Part shown: in pieces, positions 59,620 through 64,000 of the stretch
Position numbering within the stretch: position 1 is the stretch's first letter
Layout: each line of letters starts with the position of its first letter
From: a virus
Virus record (IMG/VR): IMGVR_UViG_3300035183_000373
Coordinates: 5,658 to 69,657 of that record
DNA length: 64,000 bases
Direction: 5' to 3' (one strand)
The notes under the pieces: model-generated
The model's database searches: none
What the model was told of the DNA's origin: nothing
The model's input: the letters and a program-made list of their open reading frames with translations, nothing else
Position numbers and translations under genes: made by a program

Positions 59620-60114
59620 TTATGAATTTGGAAATACTGGAACTTTTAAATTAAGAGTATTAATAACATCATCTGCTTCTAGCTTCCACCTTACCATGTT
59701 ATTACGAACATAATTTACAAAATCATTTTTTGTTTGAATAGTTTCATGAAGACGGTCAGCTTCTTCTGGTGTAATGCGTAAATGCTTAGCGAGCGCATCT
59801 CTATTGTAAAGACTGTACGGAGTTTTACCCAAAAAATACCATCCGTTTTCAATAGCATGCATGGGCATACCATCTACATCGGAAAGATGTAATTTATAAA
59901 ACTGTTCAAGTTCAGGGAAATGTTCAAGAATAAGAGATGGAATTTGACCATACATATCACCGCCTTTCTTATCTAAGAAATTTACTTTACCTGAAATAGC
60001 AAAGTAGGGTTTACTATTTCCACGAATATAATATAGACCATACTCTACAGTTAACTTTGCTAGCCTGTCTTCGTATTCAATTATCTTTTCTTTCTTTTTT
60101 ATTTCCTCTTTCAT
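59620..60114 (-). CDS. hypothetical phage protein
   Basis: PYFAISG...HFPEL...LHLSD..GMPMHA..NGWY; own promoter and RBS. Confidence 0.7.
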   Translation of the reverse strand: MKEEIKKKEKIIEYEDRLAKLTVEYGLYYIRGNSKPYFAISGKVNFLDKKGGDMYGQIPSLILEHFPELEQFYKLHLSDVDGMPMHAIENGWYFLGKTPYSLYNRDALAKHLRITPEEADRLHETIQTKNDFVNYVRNNMVRWKLEADDVINTLNLKVPVFPNS

Positions 60115-60154
60115 ATAGTTTCCTTTGTTATATAATTATGTTTACTGTATATAT

Positions 60155-60183
60155 AATATAATAAAAGAAATTATAAAAGTCAA
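60155..60183 (-). promoter_or_regulatory. sigma70-like promoter
   Basis: TTGACT-17 nt-TATATT. Confidence 0.7.
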
Positions 60184-60205
60184 TATTTATTTATATTATT
60201 TTTAT

Positions 60206-60478
60206 TTAATCTACAACACGCTCAATAATATAACACACACCAGAATCGCTTCCAGATGTACGTATATCCCATAACAAAGCATTATATCTTGCATCAATAT
60301 ACGCTTTTTGCAATCCTACAACGAAATTTTCATATACTTCTCTTGAACGAAATAGAGAATAAATCGATACAGCTACACGATAAGTATTCTGATTATCTGT
60401 GGTGGGCATATCATCCCTATAATTAGGGACTAATCCCATCTTATCGGCCACAAACAATACAAGTCGCTTAAACATCAT
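60206..60478 (-). CDS. hypothetical protein
   Basis: AGGAG RBS. Confidence 0.65.
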   Translation of the reverse strand: MMFKRLVLFVADKMGLVPNYRDDMPTTDNQNTYRVAVSIYSLFRSREVYENFVVGLQKAYIDARYNALLWDIRTSGSDSGVCYIIERVVD

Positions 60479-60846
60479 CGTACTCCTTTAGAAGTTGTTC
60501 AATATAGTATTCAATATAGTTTTCAATATCTTTTTTAACTTCATTGCATTTAAATTCAATAAATGCTAAAGTAAAAATAAAATAAAAGATTATCAAAATG
60601 AATAGACGCTGAAATTCTGTATTATCAAACATAATATGCCTCTTATTTGGGAATATATCGAATTACATATTCTAAATAGTCACCGTTTTCTAAACGGTGC
60701 GTAACCTTTATAATATTTTCGTTGAATGTATACGATATAACTTTTTGAACGATATTAACTGAATTATACGCCTTCCGTAGGTTCAAATAGTCAGAAATAT
60801 TCTGAAGAATATCATTTCCCATAATTTAATTCCTTGTTATAGTTGT

Positions 60847-60921
60847 AGTGACCATCAGTCGCTCATGCGACCGATACGATGTCAATTCATCCTTGCGGTC
60901 GCTCATGCGACCGCAGTCACT
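60847..60921. repeat. twin palindromic 16-nt direct repeat within an enclosing stem
   Basis: gtcgctcatgcgaccg at 60858-60873 and 60898-60913; outer agtgac/gtcact. Confidence 0.75.
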
Positions 60922-60942
60922 GTATTTTAGTAAGGGTTTTAA

Positions 60943-61131
60943 TTACTCATCTTCGCTGTCATTTTCGTCATTGCGAACTGTGACTGGAGCAATGACGAAT
61001 CTTCGAGAAACACCATCTACATCAAATACTCGCCTAGAGAACCGTTCAACAGCGTCCAGCTCTCTGCCGAGTTCGGGATGAAGCTCTCGAACTTTATCGA
61101 TTACACGATTTCCTACCTTTACTCGTGCCAT
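60943..61131 (-). CDS. hypothetical protein
   Basis: AAGGAG RBS; 62 aa with acidic tail. Confidence 0.7.
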   Translation of the reverse strand: MARVKVGNRVIDKVRELHPELGRELDAVERFSRRVFDVDGVSRRFVIAPVTVRNDENDSEDE

Positions 61132-61296
61132 AGTATTATCTCCTTATATATTGTTTAACATTAGTGAATTAATAGTTTGGTTAAATCAAAACACCTTAAC
61201 ATAAAAAATCTATTGCTCTATTTCATTGAATTACTGATACATTACTGTGTTTAAAACTGAATTTGAACCAGCAACGTACAAAACTCTACCCAAAAT

Positions 61297-61485
61297 ATTG
61301 TGAACTGTGGCAGCCTTTATACTTATAAATAAATAGCCGACTGCAAGCCATAATTTAATTATTCTAACGTCGTCTTTTTTGGCTTCAACTCCCGTTATCC
61401 CTATAGGAACTAACGGTTTACACCAGACCCGTCTCGTACTATTCCGAGATTGTCAGCGTCTATATTCCGCCACACAGTTCACAAT
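61297..61485 (-). ncRNA. tRNA-like RNA with extra arms
   Basis: Acceptor-like AACTGTG/CACAGTT (extendable to 13 bp), TG linker, D-arm GCG-GAATATAGA-CGC, three internal hairpins, T-stem-like GCAGTC/GGCTGC with enlarged loop. Confidence 0.55.
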
Positions 61486-61516
61486 TAAATATAATAAACA
61501 ATAAAAAATCAAGTGA

Positions 61517-61699
61517 TTACTTACGTCTTTTTGGCTTCAACTCAATAGTAATTGTAACAGGTACATCGTTTTCAAAATGTTTATGAAAACTTGCCATTAG
61601 CGATATTTCCTGTGAATCACTACGTTGCTTAACCCACGAATCTATTCTACTATCACTTAGGCGTGTACTTTCTGTATAGGCATCAAACCTTATTTTCAT
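61517..61699 (-). CDS. hypothetical protein
   Basis: GGAG RBS; 60 aa with basic C-terminus. Confidence 0.65.
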   Translation of the reverse strand: MKIRFDAYTESTRLSDSRIDSWVKQRSDSQEISLMASFHKHFENDVPVTITIELKPKRRK

Positions 61700-61727
61700 A
61701 GTATCTCCATTTTTGTTGTTATTTTAA

Positions 61728-62111
61728 TTACTTATATAACCTATTATACACCTCTTTTACAGCCATACTAACAAGAGACTCAACGCTGTAAACACGCTTT
61801 CCAACAGTTCCATATGTAGAGCCACTGTCGAAATCGTCTTTATCAACCTTATAGAAGAACATACTTCCATCCTTAGAGGTAATCGAAATGGAGAATGTTT
61901 TAAAGGACAACGTGTACCCAAATTCGTTTTTAAGCCTGAAATCTTCGATGTAATACGTTTTCTTTATCCAATCTCCATATTTATCATCCAGCTCATTCAC
62001 AATTGCAAGTAATGCAACAGTAACCTTTGAATTCCCATCCAAAAAGAAGAACCTATTTCGGGCAATGCGACCAAGCTCAATTCTATTATAAACATCAACG
62101 ATTTTGTTCAT
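61728..62111 (-). CDS. hypothetical protein (early type)
   Basis: AAGGAG RBS; first gene after the leftward promoter. Confidence 0.7.
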   Translation of the reverse strand: MNKIVDVYNRIELGRIARNRFFFLDGNSKVTVALLAIVNELDDKYGDWIKKTYYIEDFRLKNEFGYTLSFKTFSISITSKDGSMFFYKVDKDDFDSGSTYGTVGKRVYSVESLVSMAVKEVYNRLYK

Positions 62112-62289
62112 AGTATCTCCTTTGTTTAAGTTACTTTTTCATATTTTTAATTATTTCATTAACTTTAATTACACCGAATACTACAATAAATGCTATAATA
62201 GCAGAGCTTACCATGACACATAATTTTTGGAATAACATGTTTTACGTCTTTCCTTTGTGTTTAGTGGTTACTTTGTTAATTGCGTATAT

Positions 62290-62383
62290 AATATAATATA
62301 TAAAATTCCGTTTGTCAAGACTTTTAAAATTAATTCTTTTTAATTAAAAATATATTGACAAATAAAGAATATTATATTATATT
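62290..62383. promoter_or_regulatory. divergent sigma70-like promoter pair at the strand switch
   Basis: Minus: TTGACA(62313-62318)-17-TATATT(62290-62295); plus: TTGACA(62355-62360)-17-TATATT(62378-62383). Confidence 0.8.
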
Positions 62384-62406
62384 TATATGTACAAAGTATT
62401 ATAATA

Positions 62407-62601
62407 ATGACTACAACTCTACTTGAAAATATTGATACACATGTAATTTTCCATGTTAATGGAAATGGAAATGGATATTGGCATGGGTACGGGTTTGTAA
62501 ATGGCAATGGTTATGGTAATGGGTATGGATATGGATATAAATCATCTATTAAATGTGGTAGTGGGAATGGTTCTGGAAATGGATACAACAATAATGTGTA
62601 G
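62407..62601 (+). CDS. Gly-X repeat peptide (plus-strand member)
   Basis: GNGNGYWHGYG...GNGYGNGYGYG core directly behind a promoter. Confidence 0.65.
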   Translation: MTTTLLENIDTHVIFHVNGNGNGYWHGYGFVNGNGYGNGYGYGYKSSIKCGSGNGSGNGYNNNV

Positions 62602-62731
62602 GGATACAGATTATAATAAACATATTTTTATTTAATATGAACATTGTTAATTATACAGAGTAAAATTTTTTAAAATATTTCATTGAAAATTTTAATAATA
62701 TTGTATTATCATATCTGTGAGAGGAGCTTTT

Positions 62732-63271
62732 ATGAAAAAAACCATTCTAATCTTGCTACTTCCAGCAACACTTCTCATAGTAGGCTGTAAAAGAGAATCA
62801 GAATATGAACTTTCAACCCACGGTGGTACACTATATCGCTTAGACAAACGTTCAGGCCAAATAAGTGTCGTTGAAGGCTCTAAAATAATTACACTTGAAG
62901 AACAGACGATAAACATCACCGTTCTTAGTAAAACCAAGATGTGGCATAATATTAGTCTGTCACAAGTAGATACTGTCAAACTTAGTCTGAAAACTCGTTG
63001 GAGGGATGGAAACTTATATTTCATCTTTACTGTAAGATTTAGAAGGCAAACCATGTTACAGTGGTATCCAGGAGTAAAACACTTTTCACTTAAATTACAC
63101 GATTCAGACGGCTTTATTATTATTGAAAAATACATCACCTCAGATGAAATGTATAGACTTGTCGATGAATATGGTACTTACACAGGCATGGAAATTAATT
63201 CCAGGATTCCTTGCACCGCTGAAACCTATATGTTAATTAAAGATTGGTCGTGTGGTTGGCAATTATTATAG
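62732..63271 (+). CDS. lipoprotein
   Basis: GAGGAG RBS; signal peptide MKKTILILLLPATLLIVG-C with lipobox. Confidence 0.75.
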   Translation: MKKTILILLLPATLLIVGCKRESEYELSTHGGTLYRLDKRSGQISVVEGSKIITLEEQTINITVLSKTKMWHNISLSQVDTVKLSLKTRWRDGNLYFIFTVRFRRQTMLQWYPGVKHFSLKLHDSDGFIIIEKYITSDEMYRLVDEYGTYTGMEINSRIPCTAETYMLIKDWSCGWQLL

Positions 63272-63332
63272 GTGTTTGCTATGTCTAATAAACAAAATAA
63301 CAAACAAAATATCAACATTCCATTTATTTAAT

Positions 63333-63713
63333 ATGAACATTACTAACTACATAGGTCAAATTTCTTTAAAAGATTTCATTGAGAATTTTAATAATATTGT
63401 ATTATCGTATCAGTTGTGGAAGTTTGTAAACCCAGATACGCAAAAATATACATATTTATATCTTGGAGAGAACCCTAAAAGAAAAGGTCGTTATATTAAA
63501 TCAGCAACATTTACTGATTTAGTAAATAGAGATGTAGAAGAAATATTAAGAATTATCGATTATACTAGAACATATATCCCAGATTCTTGGTTAAATAGTG
63601 ATAATTTAGTATACTTAGTAGAACCAGATTTCAGAAAAAGTTCAAATGAAAACTTTATTTTAAGATTTTTGAACATAAAAAAATGGCGTGATGAATCAGA
63701 TGAAGATTTATAA
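63333..63713 (+). CDS. stand-alone paralog of the YQVWKF module of 36146-37066
   Basis: MNITNYIGQISLKDFIENF...YQLWKF...LGENPK...IPDSW...LVYLV..DFRK. Confidence 0.75.
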   Translation: MNITNYIGQISLKDFIENFNNIVLSYQLWKFVNPDTQKYTYLYLGENPKRKGRYIKSATFTDLVNRDVEEILRIIDYTRTYIPDSWLNSDNLVYLVEPDFRKSSNENFILRFLNIKKWRDESDEDL

Positions 63714-63757
63714 TATTAATAGATTCTCTAATTAAAAATAATTAATTTTTAAAAATA

Positions 63758-63786
63758 TTGACAAATGTAATTTTGTATATTATATT
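63758..63786 (+). promoter_or_regulatory. sigma70-like promoter
   Basis: TTGACA-17 nt-TATATT. Confidence 0.7.
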
Positions 63787-63839
63787 ATATATGCAATTAA
63801 CATGATTTGCGATACCAATAAATATATAAGGAGGAGCAA

Positions 63840-64000
63840 ATGAAGCGAGCAACTGAATATCATCCGACACGGTTGAGTCACCCAGTTGAAACACTTGTAG
63901 AATTTCTCGCGGGGTATCCTGGCGTTCCAATCAACGAAGAGTTCTGGCGGAAGCGCATAGACGATTATGTTGCGAGCGTCGTTGTGCCGCCTGTTAGCCG
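63840..64000 (+). CDS. partial gene (MKRATEYHPTRLSHPVETLVEFLAGYPGVPINEEFWRKRIDDY...)
   Basis: AAGGAGG RBS, ATG at 63840, frame open to the window end. Confidence 0.75.
   Translation, partial: MKRATEYHPTRLSHPVETLVEFLAGYPGVPINEEFWRKRIDDYVASVVVPPVS

Noticed and set aside
61297-61485. Canonical tRNA-Leu/Ser or tRNA with a group I intron
   Set aside because: No 7-nt anticodon loop, T-loop consensus or CCA, and the insert is too short for a group I intron; kept as a tRNA-like ncRNA.
62692-63930. Minus-strand ORFs 62692-63138 and 63742-63930
   Set aside because: Antisense to plus-strand genes that have promoters, RBSs and a lipobox.

Overview
A 64-kb, very AT-rich segment of a large tailed bacteriophage genome (contractile-tailed, myovirus-like; standard genetic code). 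Almost everything is on the minus strand until a divergent promoter pair at about 62.3 kb. 1-23.6 kb: virion module (baseplate, tail-associated amidase, hub, short tape measure, chaperones, tube, sheath, neck, holins, adaptor, major capsid protein, decoration protein, scaffold); no portal, terminase or protease is recognisable in this window. 23.6-34.5 kb: an IS200/IS605-type right-end remnant, a DNA methyltransferase, an RQGD/DUF6745/DUF6948-like operon, DUF932, an AAA ATPase, ThyX and an intein-containing class II ribonucleotide reductase. 34.5-48.7 kb: modular proteins of up to 2061 aa whose domains (GNAT, ADP-ribosyltransferase-like, Imm5-like, transglutaminase-like, repeated unknown domains) are delimited by a recurring [KRH]-x-S-N-I-[LI] motif, suggesting protease-processed polyproteins; one carries an exact 8-residue copy of a major capsid protein motif. 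49.0-56.7 kb: a tandem array of 30 small genes for peptides with a conserved M-N-I-I-L-F-[ED]-type leader and a variable (Gly-X)n core, with 4 more copies elsewhere. 56.7-64 kb: small early-type genes with sigma70-like promoters, a five-armed tRNA-like RNA and a twin-hairpin element. All functional calls are from motif recognition by eye; no searches were run.
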